NCBI GenBank assembly: GCA_976551045.1
Contig: CDPCPM010000044.1
Coordinates: 5,270,001-5,334,000 of the forward strand
Direction: 5' to 3'
Origin: Glaucostegus cemiculus
Lineage: Eukaryota
Length of the DNA stretch: 64,000 bases
Shown: positions 11,683-23,681 of the stretch, piece after piece
How positions within the stretch are numbered: position 1 is the stretch's first letter
Layout: each line of letters opens with the position of its first letter
The notes under the pieces: model-generated
Seen by the model: the letters and a program-made list of their open reading frames with translations, nothing else
Told to the model about the DNA's origin: nothing
Databases searched by the model: none
Translations under genes and position numbers: made by a program

Positions 11683-13089
11683 AATCACATCTTATAATGC
11701 TGTTCCAGAAAATACAACACAAAGGAAAACATAATTCCCATTTAATGAAATCTCAATACATTAGGAACTTCATTATATCATTATCTTCATAATTCATTTT
11801 TCATAAAAGATCTTCCAATGACCAAATCTTGCAATAACTCCCTCAACAATTAACAAAAGTTATTTATCTAAAATTCAAAGTTCTTCAAAGTAAAATACTA
11901 GCTGGATATTAAGAAATAGAACCCCTCTCACTTCCCATATCTGCTGGAGTTGACATATGGGACTCAGAAAATGGTGCATGCCCTGCTTTGAAGTTGTAGT
12001 TTTTGCTGCAGTATATGAATGACTTCAATAAGAACTATCCAAGTGAGGAACAGAAACTCACACATTATTCTTCACTGAGATTCAATCAAGAGAATTACTC
12101 CCCAAACAACCTGCTGAGATCCTTTTTCCCTTCCATTCCCCCTTCCTCTACCAACACCTTGTTTAACTCTGCATACCATGCTGCACTCTACTGGCAATGC
12201 CTACTGACATACCCAAGTCTTGGAGAAACAGCCTTTTATAGATTCCTTCAGTACTCGTTGACTTTTGTAAGTTGAATTGCAAGACTACAAATAAACAGCC
12301 ACAAAACTAGAAATAGTGGATAATTCCTTCAATGTGTTGGAGGGAGCTACCTACTAATGAACATGTGTTCAGTTATGTTAGGTCGAGTGAGGGGATTGCC
12401 TGCATTTTCAGTTCCAAAACTGTTGCATGGGCATTAAATCCACGTTGCATGTTGCATATTTCCTGTGGACATCTAGCCTGCATTCACATAATATAGCACA
12501 AGTTAAAAAAAGGCTGGTTAGCACACTTTGCCCGACTTAATACCACAATTGCCATTTAGGAATACTGTCCAAAAAATGGACTCTATCAGCCCTTAGGTAT
12601 TTAACTGTCACACCACCACAATTCAGCTTCAGATAACTGTGAAGGTCATGAAATTCTTTAAAATAAAATCAGCATCTTTTTATAGTGGTTTTCCTAACAA
12701 AGATCTGAATAAAATCCTCTTATCCAATTTAAGGCTATGTTGCTGCAACCATCAGTGTAGTGAGAAATGTTGAATGTTTGCAATAAATGAAATAAATTAA
12801 ATGTCATTAAGTATTCACAACAGCAAGATCTATTAATTACAGTTTGGTGATGGATTCTGAAACTGACCAGTGAAGACAGTATCACAGCTGTTTCTGCTGG
12901 TCAGAATACCATGCATTCCAAAATATTACTTTCCCTTTTGGTTATAATCTACATGATATTTATCTATTCAAGCCAGGTTTACATCCCCTTTCTGAATGAA
13001 CAGGGAATTGCATCCTTTCAGTTCAACCTATTTCAGAAATGACAGAAGCGTTTTCTTGCAATTGTCGTGAACTTACACCTCTCTGGTGT

Positions 13090-13372
13090 GGGCACCACCA
13101 AGTTTAAGAGCAGCTACTTCCCTTCAACTATTCAGTTCTTGAACCAACCGGCACAACCCTAATCATTACCTCAGTGTAGCAAAACCTTGTACTGCAATAA
13201 ACTTTTTTTTTGTTCTAGTTGTGTTCTTTCTTGTATAATTTTGTATAAGTTATGTTTTTTCTTGTGAATATTGTGTTTCTAATGCTATGTGCCTGTGATG
13301 CTGCAGCAAATAAGTTTTTCATTGCATCTGTGCATACATGTACTTGCCTGTGACAATAAACTTGACTCAGTT
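13090..13372 (+). mobile_element. Rex1/Babar LINE 3' end, about 60 bp from the exon donor site
   Basis: TTKFKSSYFPSTIQFLN C-terminus; 3'UTR ending gtgacaataaacttgact. Confidence 0.8.
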
Positions 13373-13429
13373 TGGCTTTTGGTAACCTTGTAGCAGGTTC
13401 ATCAGAACTAAAGTAAAAATGTTTCATAC

Positions 13430-13517
13430 CTGGAACAATTTCAAAAAGGAATTTCCTGGACTCATCTCCATTACATGAATGCTCGGTGACATTATTTCCA
13501 GGCAAGAAAATGGTCCC
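13430..13517 (-). CDS. ARHGAP24: Internal 88-nt exon of an ARHGAP24 (FilGAP)-like RhoGAP, PH domain: GTIFLPGNNVTEHSCNGDESRKFLFEIVP(G)
   Basis: Polypyrimidine tract and CAG acceptor (13520-13518); donor G|GTATGA (13429-13424); phase 0 to phase 1. Peptide closely resembles ARHGAP24 PH segment GTIFLPGNKVSEHPCNEENPGKFLFEVVPG (recalled, not searched) and resembles ARHGAP22/25 less. Confidence 0.9.
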
Positions 13518-13704
13518 CTGAAAAACAGACCAAAAGAGGTTGAGAGAATAAGTAACGCAAGTTGAGTAAGAACCAACAGTTGGACAGTGAATTATAAACC
13601 ACAAGTAAAGCAAATTTCCATTAGTCTTACTATTAAAAACTCTCAGAATAATCAGGAACTAAAGGTAATGTTAAGGGTCATCCAAGTTAGCTTAGAAATA
13701 GAAC

Positions 13705-13830
13705 AAAATGCTTTCAAAACTATTGGACATCCCAAAGTGTTTCATGGCCAATGAAGAATTGTTGAAATGTGCTAACTGTTGTAACATAGGTAACACAGAT
13801 GTCAATTCATGAACAACAAGGTCCCAATAC
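13705..13830 (-). mobile_element. DeuSINE/SacSINE1-like 3' relic
   Basis: ggacatcccaaagtgtttcatggccaatgaagaattgttgaaatgtg..actgttgtaacatagg is the reverse complement of the DeuSINE tail seen at 49100-49670. Confidence 0.6.
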
Positions 13831-14431
13831 AAAACTATGCTCTCACATCACTAACAATGCCTTGAGAGATCAAACTGAATGGATGACCATAATTGGACAA
13901 ACAAGTTAGGAAGACATGGGGCAAAGAGATACATCTCTCATCCTTTCACATATTCTCTCCATAACCTTCATAACCTTTTGTGCTGTTGTTCATGATTTAA
14001 TGCTTAACATGATTAGGGTTAAGTTAAATATTTTGCTCTTCCCCTACACCTATTAAGGAAAAAGTGATGAATCACAAGTGATTCAAGGCAAAAATATTGA
14101 ACTGTACCTTTGTTAATCAATTCAGATACAGTATATGCGGAGAATGTTCTAATGTCTTTGTGAATGCATTGAGCCAAAGCATATATCCAAAGAGATTGTA
14201 TCTCTGTGTAAGGCAGCATACCTAAGCTATTTCTATGTTAAGCCTTTAAGACTTGTTGCAGACTGAAAGTCTGTGGCAACATTACATTGTTGAGAAGATG
14301 AAAAATACCAAATGACTCTGCTGCCCAATAGCATCACAATGTGAACACATGGAAGGATGCAGAGAAAACAACATGTTCATGCTTAAAGACACACTTAATT
14401 TTACTCTGTAGTGCTTCCCTTTTTAAGAACA

Positions 14432-14980
14432 CAGTAAGGTAAGGTCAGACCCCACCTGGAGTATTGTGCTCAGTTCTGGTCACCTCACTACAGGAAAGAT
14501 GTGGACGCTATAGAGAGGGTACAGAGGAGGTTTATGAGGATGCTGCCTGGAATGAGGAGCATGCCTTATGAGAGCAGGCTGCGGGAACTCGGCCTTTTCT
14601 CCTTGGAGAAGAGGATGATGAGAGGGGACCTGATTGAGGTGTATAAGATGATGAGAGGTATGGATAGGGTAGATAGTCCGAGACTTTCCCCCAGGGCTGA
14701 AATGGTGGCCACAAGAGGACATAGGTTGAAGGTGCTGGGGGGAAGATATAGGGGAGATGTTAGGGGTAAGTTTTTTACTCAGAGAGTGGTGAGTGCATGC
14801 AATGGGCTGCCGGAGATGGTGGTGGAGGTGGGTACGTTAGGGTCTTTCAAGAGACTGTTGGATAGGTACATGGAGGTAAATAGGATAGAAGGCTATGGGT
14901 AAGCCTAATAGTGTGGGGACATGTTCGGCATAGCTTTGTGGGCCGAAGGGCCTGAACTTGCTGTAGGTATCTATGTTTTA
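14432..14980 (+). mobile_element. CR1 LINE 3' fragment
   Basis: IERVQRRFMRMLPG..RGDLIEVYKMMRG..KFFTQRVV; CR1 tail. Confidence 0.93.
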
Positions 14981-15502
14981 AATTATTTAAATATGCATTT
15001 AATGAATAAATTATAAACTTATTTCAGTAATCTTCCTTTCCTTATACATATTGGTGTTAAATTTATAATTGAATTATCTGGTTCTGGGTTTGAATTCAAG
15101 AAGGTTCTGTTGCTTTGTCGGGCTTGCTTAGATTTAATGCCACATTCCTGAAGTCTGCACCAGGTCCAACTCAGACACAATCTCACAATCAAGCAGTTCA
15201 CCATTCAGAGCTGGTTCTTGCAGAGAGTGTTTGAGCTACAAGGGCACTTTGTATTTTGTTACAATTTGAACTAAATATTTTTCAGACCTCTGCCAGAATT
15301 CCCAAGTTCCACATGTGTGAACTTAACCTGGTGGAGGGTGGGTAGGGGGCTGGAAGGGGAGAGAAGAAACTGTTTTTCCTGATTTACTGTCACACTGGTG
15401 ATTTTGACTCAGCTGCTTTGGTTGAACTCTAGCTGAAAAACGTGCTTCAACATAACACAAGAGTTATGGATGTGTACACCTTAACATAGTGTGAGGGTCC
15501 AA

Positions 15503-15672
15503 TATAAATAGAAAATGCTGGAAGTACTTAGCAGGTTCTGTTCTGATGAAGAGGTCTTCAGTCTGAAATGTAAATCTGTTTCTTTCCACAGATGCTGCTT
15601 GACCTGTTGAGTGCTTCCAGTATTTTTTTGTTTTTATTTCAGATATTACAGCATCTGCAGTTTTCTTATTTT
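15503..15672. mobile_element. Short palindromic Penelope-derived element
   Basis: Inverted arms aaaatgctggaagtacttagcaggt / acctgttgagtgcttccagtatttt flank CTGATGA-agaggtcttcagtct-GAAA; possible degenerate TSD catagt(gt/ac)gagg. Confidence 0.7.
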
Positions 15673-16049
15673 CATAGTACGAGGAGCTGTTCTGTACATC
15701 ATCAAGAAATTGCTCAAGTAGTGTTACATGCTAAGTTTTGTCTACATGCCAACAGGTTCTCTTTGAAAAGGTCTAGTGGGTTGTATCCATGGCTGGGATG
15801 GACTTCGTGGCTTTTCTACAACTTTGGCAAATACTACATTTGCTCATGATTCAAGGTCACTTTCAACATGAGACCTCTTGGCAAACAATTGCTTTCATCC
15901 TGACGAATGTTGTGCATTCAATAAAAAGTTCAACCAAAGTCCATTCTCTGGAAATTGTCATATTATCTGCGCATAACCTCAATTCACTTCTCTTCACATG
16001 ATAACTCATTGGCATGATTACGCTTTCACTTTTTTCTCTGTGCATTGGT

Positions 16050-19000
16050 CAAATCCTGTCCATCTTTTAAATGACTGCCCATGGTCCTTTTTCTTGGTCT
16101 TGTCTGTGATTTAAGACTCAATCACTAGCATGTCCTCACTGATCACATTTAAACACATAGATCACATTTTCACTTCTAACTTCAGAGTGCTCACATGCTA
16201 ATTATGACAGACCATTCACACTGGTGTTCTGCTCAGAACTTCTGCGTATGAATAGTCATGAGAAGGATTCCTTATCCCATAGAAGGTATCACTGATTTGG
16301 CACCTAATATTGTTGGTAGTGGCTTATGATCTTTTACTAGGATAAACCTGATGGGATTTCTTGATTCCTAACATTATTCCAAGTACTTTCTTCTCAGTCT
16401 GTGCATAAATGCATGTACTATTTGTAGGAATGTAACAAGAAAAAGCATTGGGATTCCTTTATACATCTAGTGGCTTATCACTGCACTTCTACAATGACTT
16501 CTCCCATTACATGCCAACTTTAATTTATGTTGTTACAAAACCAGCAACAAAAGCAGCACACCAATTCATACTTCAGTGTTAAAACTACTTTATTAATAAC
16601 TACTTCCAATAATATGTAAAATAAGAACAAAAATTTAGTATATTAGTACAAAACAAAATATTAGAATCTTAAACTATAACCCCAAAAACTACTCATCGTG
16701 TGTGTGTGTCAAATTCCTAAACTCCAGGTCCAGGAATTAGTTCTTAAAGTTCAGTTCAGTAAGCCGTAAGATGAAACACGAATAAAGGCTTCTTCACAAG
16801 CACCATCCACTGAAGACAAAACATAGATATAGAGAGAGATTAGAGAGGAACCATGAAATCCGAATGTTCCACTCAAAACTCAGACGACACTTCAGGGCTA
16901 ACTCGGTAGTGACTTTCTCACCCCAAAAACTCCTGGATCGTGACTGTCCATGCAAATACCTGTGTTCTTCTACAGGTTAGCAGCAAAGTGAATTCCATCA
17001 CCTTGTTCCACAGTATCTGCCACTCTGAAGAGCATCCAAAATGTGATTGTCCACGCAAACACCTGTGTCCTTCTACAGGTTACTGACAAAGTGAACTCCA
17101 CTGGACTACTCCAGTGATCCATCTACGGATTTTAGTGACAAACACAGTTACTGTCCTTCATCCATCGACAGAAACAAAACAGGCTGCCGTCTCTCCTTCT
17201 TTTCTCTCTCTGTCTGTTTGTCTCTCTCTCCTCTTTTTCTTTCTTGTAATGACCTCATCACATTAGTCTTATCTTCTGTTGACGTAATACGTTCTTATAG
17301 GCGCACACACACAATGTCCCATCTTAAAGGGATAGTTGCCTATAGTAATCTACTTCGTAACAATGTGCAATATATAATGAATAAGGAGAACTTCCTTGAT
17401 AATGTTTTCTTACATGCATTATATGCACTGTTGCCCTTGGCTCCATTTCAATCTTGTATCTTTTTTCAATGCGATGCAATCACCCAAGAACCGTCACAAG
17501 TTCTGGAAGGAATTGCACTTAATACTGCATCAAGCATATACTGTACATGACATTTTCTGGCTTAAGCACATTGGTAACAGCACTTTAAATAAAGGTGTAC
17601 CACTTCCAATTGGAAAACTACACACTTGCTTTCCTTCAACTTCATATTGTGGTCCAACAATCCAAAAATCAGAAGGTTTTCTTCCTCTGTGCTCATGGTA
17701 ATCAACAGATCATCTTGTGTCCATTGGTAGTGATCCACTCTTTGCACAGTTCTGTTCACCAGAGTCAATAAAATCTTGGGCAAAGACTTGCTTCCACTGG
17801 GTAACTTTGAGTATGGTTAGAGCCCATTGTACATGGTACTGATGATAATCTTTGTCAATATTCCAGTGTGAAAAGGTCCAGTGTTTTGGAAACATTAGAT
17901 CCTGCTGTCTCTGTGTACAAGTCTTGCAAGGTGGGTTGCAAATACAATTCCTCATCTAAAACTTCATTTAGATGACTTTGCACTCTCCAAACAGCTGCAC
18001 AAGTTTGTCTGCTTTAGGCACAACCACCAGTGGCATAGCCCAATCACAGTCATTGGTTTTCATAAACATGCTGTATTGTTCTAGCCTATCCAGTTCCTTC
18101 TGAACTGGCTCATTTGAGAATGCAACACCACCTGGACTCTGCAACTGGTCTGATGCAAATTTGTACACTGTACTCTGTTTAGCAAGTGTGGCTGTCCTTT
18201 AGTACTTTGTTGCACTTTTCCAGCAATGCATCAGGATGCAACTTTGAAGCCTCAACACTGCAAAGATTCTTCCAATTTAGCTTGAGTTCTTACATTAAAG
18301 TTGACTGGCTTACACAGTTTGCTACAATGATGAGTTGTGGTACTTGCTATGCACTGTGTATGCCATTTCTCCTGATATCTGTGAAAGTTCACTGGAATAG
18401 GCTTTCCATCAATGGTACATGTTTCAGTTTGAAAGACTAGGTGCCTTGAATCATTTCTGGACAATCTACAGTGGTATCAATTAATCTGCTCATAGACTGG
18501 TTGCCAATCAATACTTTTACTCAAATGTCTGTTTGATGCTACACACAGGTACTGTGCAAACACAGTTCCTCATTGCCTGAAGGTAATTCCAAACAATGAA
18601 GCCACCGTTCTGTAATTGTTTCAAATAGCCACAGAAAAATGCTTCAGTTGTACATCTTGGCTTTTGAACTTCAGGCTGTTATAATGTGGCCTTCAAAATG
18701 GCAGCTGAAACTCTTGGCTGTTCTAAACTGACAAGAATATGGTGGGTGATGGTCATTACAATGAAAGCAACTGAGTGAACTAGTCACATTATGATTCAGA
18801 TGTGGTCTCATAGCCCTCTAATTGTGGACTGCAGCTCTCTACCAGTTGCTTGTGGTGAATGAAATACTCCAGCACCCTTGGATGCCATTTTAATGAACAC
18901 ATCGATTATTTTTCCCCCAGTCTACACACAACCTTATTGTGCAAGGCACAATCTAAAAAGGGTCCAAATTGCAATGCAATGACAAGTTCTTTGATGTAAC

Positions 19001-19830
19001 AACATATTCACTGTCTTGTTCTACTTCTGGCGCAGTTTTCTACGCTTACAGCTTTCAGCTGTTTCTTATGGCTCCAGATTAAAGTAATCTTCCAGTTTCC
19101 ACACACATCTTTAAACAATTTATCTTTTGCCATGTGTGGCAAAAGAATATCCATCAGCAAGCAATCTCTATCAGGACCATTGTTTTCTAACACTCACATT
19201 TCACATGGTTTTAGGTTCTCACAATATTGCCTTCTCCCTCAAATTCTATTATTTTGCTTGCTTTAAAGAGCACGTCCTTTCATTTGATGTTCAAGCTGAA
19301 TGGTTCTAAAACTCAGTCATACATGCCACACCTTCCTCTCTAGCCAGTCAGGATAGCAGTCTTGTCACCTTCCTGTTCAAAAGTAGCACACCTAAATTTA
19401 GTGCAAGTGGTAGTCCAGTGATAAGTCAACATCACTATCCCTTGCCACTATGCTTGCTGTAAAATGCACTTAGATACACATTGAGGTCTTGGACAAATGA
19501 GATTCCAAACAATAGTTGATGAAAGCAGCAAAAAGTCAGTTTTGGTGCAGCAAATTCACCTATAACTTGACAAGCAAGAACCTATGCCTTTCAACAAATC
19601 TGAAGAAAAACCACTATTCACATCACCAATTTGTATTCTGTTCTTAAATCCCTGAAACACAGTATATAATATTCAAAGAGGTAGTTCTTATCTGAAAGGT
19701 AGCATACACGTGTGCTGTAAACTGAATGCCTGTGACAATGTATTGTGATCCTATCAGAGAATCAAATGCAAACGTGGTTAAAAGGAGACCAGGAAGTTCA
19801 TGCTTTAAGGTAAACATATAGAAACAGTAC
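16050..19830 (-). mobile_element. Ancient degenerate Gypsy/Ty3 LTR retrotransposon, interrupted by solo LTR 16531-17362
   Basis: Minus-strand remnants DWAMPLVVVPKADKLVQLFGECKV and DHNMKLKESKCVVFQ (RT); YAQTEKKVLGIMLGIKKSHQ and FILVKDHKPLPTILG (RNase H); PBS-like ACA-AA-TTGGTGATG near 19621-19634; ends approximate. Confidence 0.8.
16531..17362 (-). mobile_element. Solo LTR (832 bp) with 4-bp TSD
   Basis: Termini TGTTAC...GTAACA; TSD ATGT at 16527-16530 and 17363-17366; AATAAA on minus strand at 16589-16594; internal 58-bp imperfect repeat at 16940-16997 and 17043-17100. Confidence 0.9.
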
Positions 19831-20824
19831 AGTTGTGAGCTGGAATGGTGGCTATGGTGGTCAATATATTCAAACAGAAATACTCCTGATCTGCTGCTGA
19901 TTAATTTTAATCATTGAACATTGACAAAGACCACAAATTTGTAATGCCGATGTCCATGTTCCACTGTCAGTGAACATGTTTCAGGACAGGGAATAAATGT
20001 GGTTATGTGCTGTATTTTCAATGGGACTGTCCCATACACTACTACAAATCCTTAACAAATGTCATAACGGAATGCCTCAGCAATGTTTCTCCTAAAACAT
20101 CAAATCTCCTTCAACAGGTGGTTATCTACCACAACATGTAGTGTTTGAGCTTAGCATCAAAGCCTTTGAATTGTCAAATAACAGATTAAACTACATGAAA
20201 CAATGGGAAAAATAATGGGCTGGAACATATATAGTATAGCATAACCCTTTTATGCACTCTGCTATAGATTTATATGCAAAAGAAATCATGCCACACATGC
20301 ATTCAGTATTTTGGAAAATTAAGGGCTAATCCTCTGCGCAAATACACAAAGGCCATTCGTTGGTAGCAGCATCAATTGGCTTGCGGTGTCTGTCTGACAT
20401 GACTGTTGGGATATTTCAGTTGGAATATTTCAGTTGGACTCCACGATCCATGTAGAGAATGGTCTTTATACATGAGCAAGCCATTGCCATCCAAGGAAGT
20501 TCTACTCCAATTTTACCTAAAAGCCCCATCACAGCCTGAACCACTGTCCAACAGACTGTTAATGATTCTTCAAGGATGTTCCCTGTCATCCATCTTCCTG
20601 ATAAATCCTTCAATCCTTGCTCCAGGAGCCCATCTGCAACACATGATGTCACATCAGCCATGAGTATGGCCCATGCCCATCAACTGACTGTCACATGAGG
20701 GCAAATATCCTGAGGTAGGGACCACTGTTGTAAAAACTCCCACCATGGCAGAAAATTGTGCAGCCTAATTTGTGCTTCTTGCATGATTTTGAAAGTAGTG
20801 CAAAGTGTATACACAATAACGCAC

Positions 20825-21397
20825 AAAGAGTGAAAAAGAAACTGCTGGAGGAACTCAGCAGTTCAGGCAGCACCTGTGAACGTCACAATGTTGATTGAAG
20901 AGCAAGATCACAGAGAACCCAAATGCGGCACACTGGTACAAGACTGGAGTCAGGATACTTCCTCAGGACCAGACACAGGCAACACTGGAAGGAAATCTTG
21001 CCTCGGAGATCTGAGTAGTAATCCCAACACGAACGGAATCTTCAAGCAGGACTAGAGAACACAGGACTGCTCAGGAGTAGACCACTCTAAGCAGCTAGAA
21101 ACCAAACTGAATCTTCAAGGTTGACCAATCCACTAGCAACTAGTGCTAGAGAAACCCAGGTACTTATGCTCAGCCCCTGATGGGGCTCATGTGTGTGTCA
21201 TTATGCAATCAGTCCAGCATGGAATCCATGTGCTGTACAACGAGGCATCTAAGGAACCAAATAAAGGGCCAGTACTCAGAATCATGACAGTGAAGGGAAA
21301 TGGACAATTGATGTTTTGGGTCAAGACCCTTCATCTGGACTTCGGAAAATTTGTTTTTTGCTCTAGGTTCCAGCTCCTGCAGTCCCTTGTGTCTCCA
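20825..21397. mobile_element. Short Penelope-derived inverted element split by a solo LTR
   Basis: ctgctggaggaactcagc..ggcagcacctgtgaa | gggaaatggacaattgatgttttgggtcaagacccttcatctggac rejoins across the LTR; a sense terminus ttccagctcctgcagtcccttgtgtctc follows. Confidence 0.8.
20881..21289 (-). mobile_element. Solo Gypsy-type LTR (409 bp) with 5-bp TSD
   Basis: cGTCA...TGACA termini (one terminal base changed); TSD GTGAA at 20876-20880 and 21290-21294; gtccgcatttgggttc near the 3' end on the minus strand. Confidence 0.85.
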
Positions 21398-21586
21398 TGC
21401 AAAGAAAGACTCTGATTTGTGATTCTTTGTACAATGCACTGCAGCGCATGTGCGCAAGAATATTGCTCCCTGCAGCCTCGAGAGACTGGTCAGGTTCTCC
21501 ATGCAGTGTGATCATGGCCTTCTGAGTACAGAACATTCAATGCTGAAAGGAAACAGTGTGTGAAAACACAAGAACGTAAGAATAAA

Positions 21587-21883
21587 GGCAGACACAGTAG
21601 TATAGCTGTTAGCATAACGCTATTACAACACCAGTGACTCAGGTTCAATTCCGGCCGCTGTCTGTAAGGAGTTTGTACGTTCTCCCCGTATATACATGGG
21701 TTTCCTTCGGTTGCTCTGGTTCCTCCCACATTCCAAAGATGTATGGGTTAGGAAGTTGTGGGCATGCTATGTTGGCGCCAGAAGCGTGGCAACACATACG
21801 GGCTGCCCCCAGAGCATTCTGCACAAAAGATTCATTTCACTGTGTGTTTCGATGTACATGTGACTAATAAAGAATTCTTATCT
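21587..21883 (+). mobile_element. V-SINE with Rex1-like tail, inserted in a CR1 tail
   Basis: Same family as 11388; flanks agaacgtaagaata / gaggcaatagtaggccattc join into a CR1 tail. Confidence 0.88.
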
Positions 21884-22250
21884 AGAGGCAATAGTAGGCC
21901 ATTCAGCCTCTCAAGTTGTTCCGCCATTCAGTGAGATCATAACTGATCTTTTATCTCAGCTCCACTTTACTCCACTAACTCATATCTTACAATATCTAAA
22001 AGTCTAACAATCTCTTTCTCTCTTTCTTGACTGCACTCAATGTCGGAGCCTCCACCATCTTCTTTTGCAGAGAATTCTAAAGATTCACCACACGCTGATG
22101 AAGAAATTTCTGCTCATTTTGGTCCAGCCTGTTTCCCCGGTACTAGATACCCCAGCCAGGGGCATCATATCCTTACATCTACCCTGTGAAGCCCTGTAAG
22201 AATTCCATATGTTTCAACAAGATCACCTCTCATTCTTCTGCACCCTAGAT
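21884..22250 (-). mobile_element. Old CR1 3' end (probably continued at 25218-25520)
   Basis: gtaggccattcagcc..agagaattctaaagattcaccac..gatcacctctcattcttct. Confidence 0.75.
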
Positions 22251-22254
22251 AAAG

Positions 22255-23530
22255 GAGACAAAAGAGACTGGAACAAAAAGCAGAACATTGAAAGAACTGA
22301 ACAGCTCAAGCAGCATTTGTGTAGGCAAAAAGCATGTTTTGGGTGGAGATCCAGCATTGGGGCAGAGAGGGAAGAGGAAAGATTGCCCATATATAACAGT
22401 ACAAGGGAAGGACAGAACAGAGCCTGGCAGATAAACAGAACCAGAACGGGATGGGATGTTGATCTGATGGAACCAGCTGGGGGAGGGGATGGGAAAGGTG
22501 AACAAAGAGAGAAGTAAACTAGATGGACAGGTAAATGTGTGTGGGTGTGGGGTCCACCTGAAGTTGGAAAATTCAATGATACTACCTTTGGGTTGTAAGC
22601 TATCAAAGCAGAATAGAAGATGTTGTTCTTCCAAATTGCGTTTGGACTCTCCATAGCAACGGAGAAGGCTGATGACAGACAGGTCTGTCTGCTAGTGGGA
22701 GGGAGAGATAAACCAATATGCAGGTACTCCACAAAATGGCCACCTAGTCTACGTTTGCTTTCTCCAGCATAGAGGAAGCTACATCGTGAGCACCAAGTGC
22801 AGTAGACCAGATTTGAAGAGGTGCAGGCGAATCTCTGCCTTATCTGGAGAGGCTATTTAGGTCCCTGTCTGTGCTGAGGGAGGAGGTGAAGCAATAAATG
22901 CACTACCTCCTATAGATGCAGGGGAAAGGGCCAGGGAATGGGGAGGGGTGAGCTGACCAAGGAGTCATGAAGAGACCAGTCCCTGTGGAAAGCAGAAAGG
23001 TTGGGGGGGTGGATACTTGAGAGCTTCATCAGCTATAGCTAGGGGACTCCACATTTCCAGAGGAAGGAGAAGATTTCAGAAGCCCTAGAGCAGGAGAGGT
23101 CTCATCTTGAGAACAGATGCAGCAAAGACAGAGAAATTGAGAAAAAGGGATGGCGTTCTTCAGGAGTCAGGGCAGGAGGTGGTGTCGCCGAGGTAGGGAT
23201 AGGAGTTGGCAGGTTTACTGAAGATGACAGCGGCAAGACTGTCTCCTGAGATGGAGGCAGAAGGGAAAAGAATGAGAAGTATCATGATCCAGAAAGTGAA
23301 GAGAAGTGTCAGAGATAGTCCAAGAGAATTCAAGTGCAGGTTGGAAGTTGACGACAAAAAGCGATGAGCTCCATATGAGCGCAGGAAGCTGTGCTGATGC
23401 AGTCATCGTTGTAGTGAAGGAAGAATGGGGGGAGGAGGAGCAGGGGGGAGGGGGTAGCCAGAATCGGCTTGGAAGAAGGACTGTTCCACATAATCAACAA
23501 AAAGACAAGCATAGCGAGGGCCCATGCGAG
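22255..23530 (-). mobile_element. Penelope-like element (RT plus GIY-YIG endonuclease plus terminus), degenerate
   Basis: FQPALEFSWTISDTSLHFLD (RT); EEQHLLFCFDSLQPKGSIIEFSNFR (GIY-YIG C-terminus); degenerate terminus at 22255-22350. Confidence 0.85.
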
Positions 23531-23681
23531 TGTGAGGAATCTTGTCAAATACTAAAAAAAATGCTCTGGTTTAGTCACAGAGTATTGTGTCCAGTTCTGG
23601 TTTCCACACTTTGGGAAAGATGTGAAAGCTTTGGAGCAGGTGCAGAAGACATGCACTAAACTGACACCAGCGATAAGGAAC

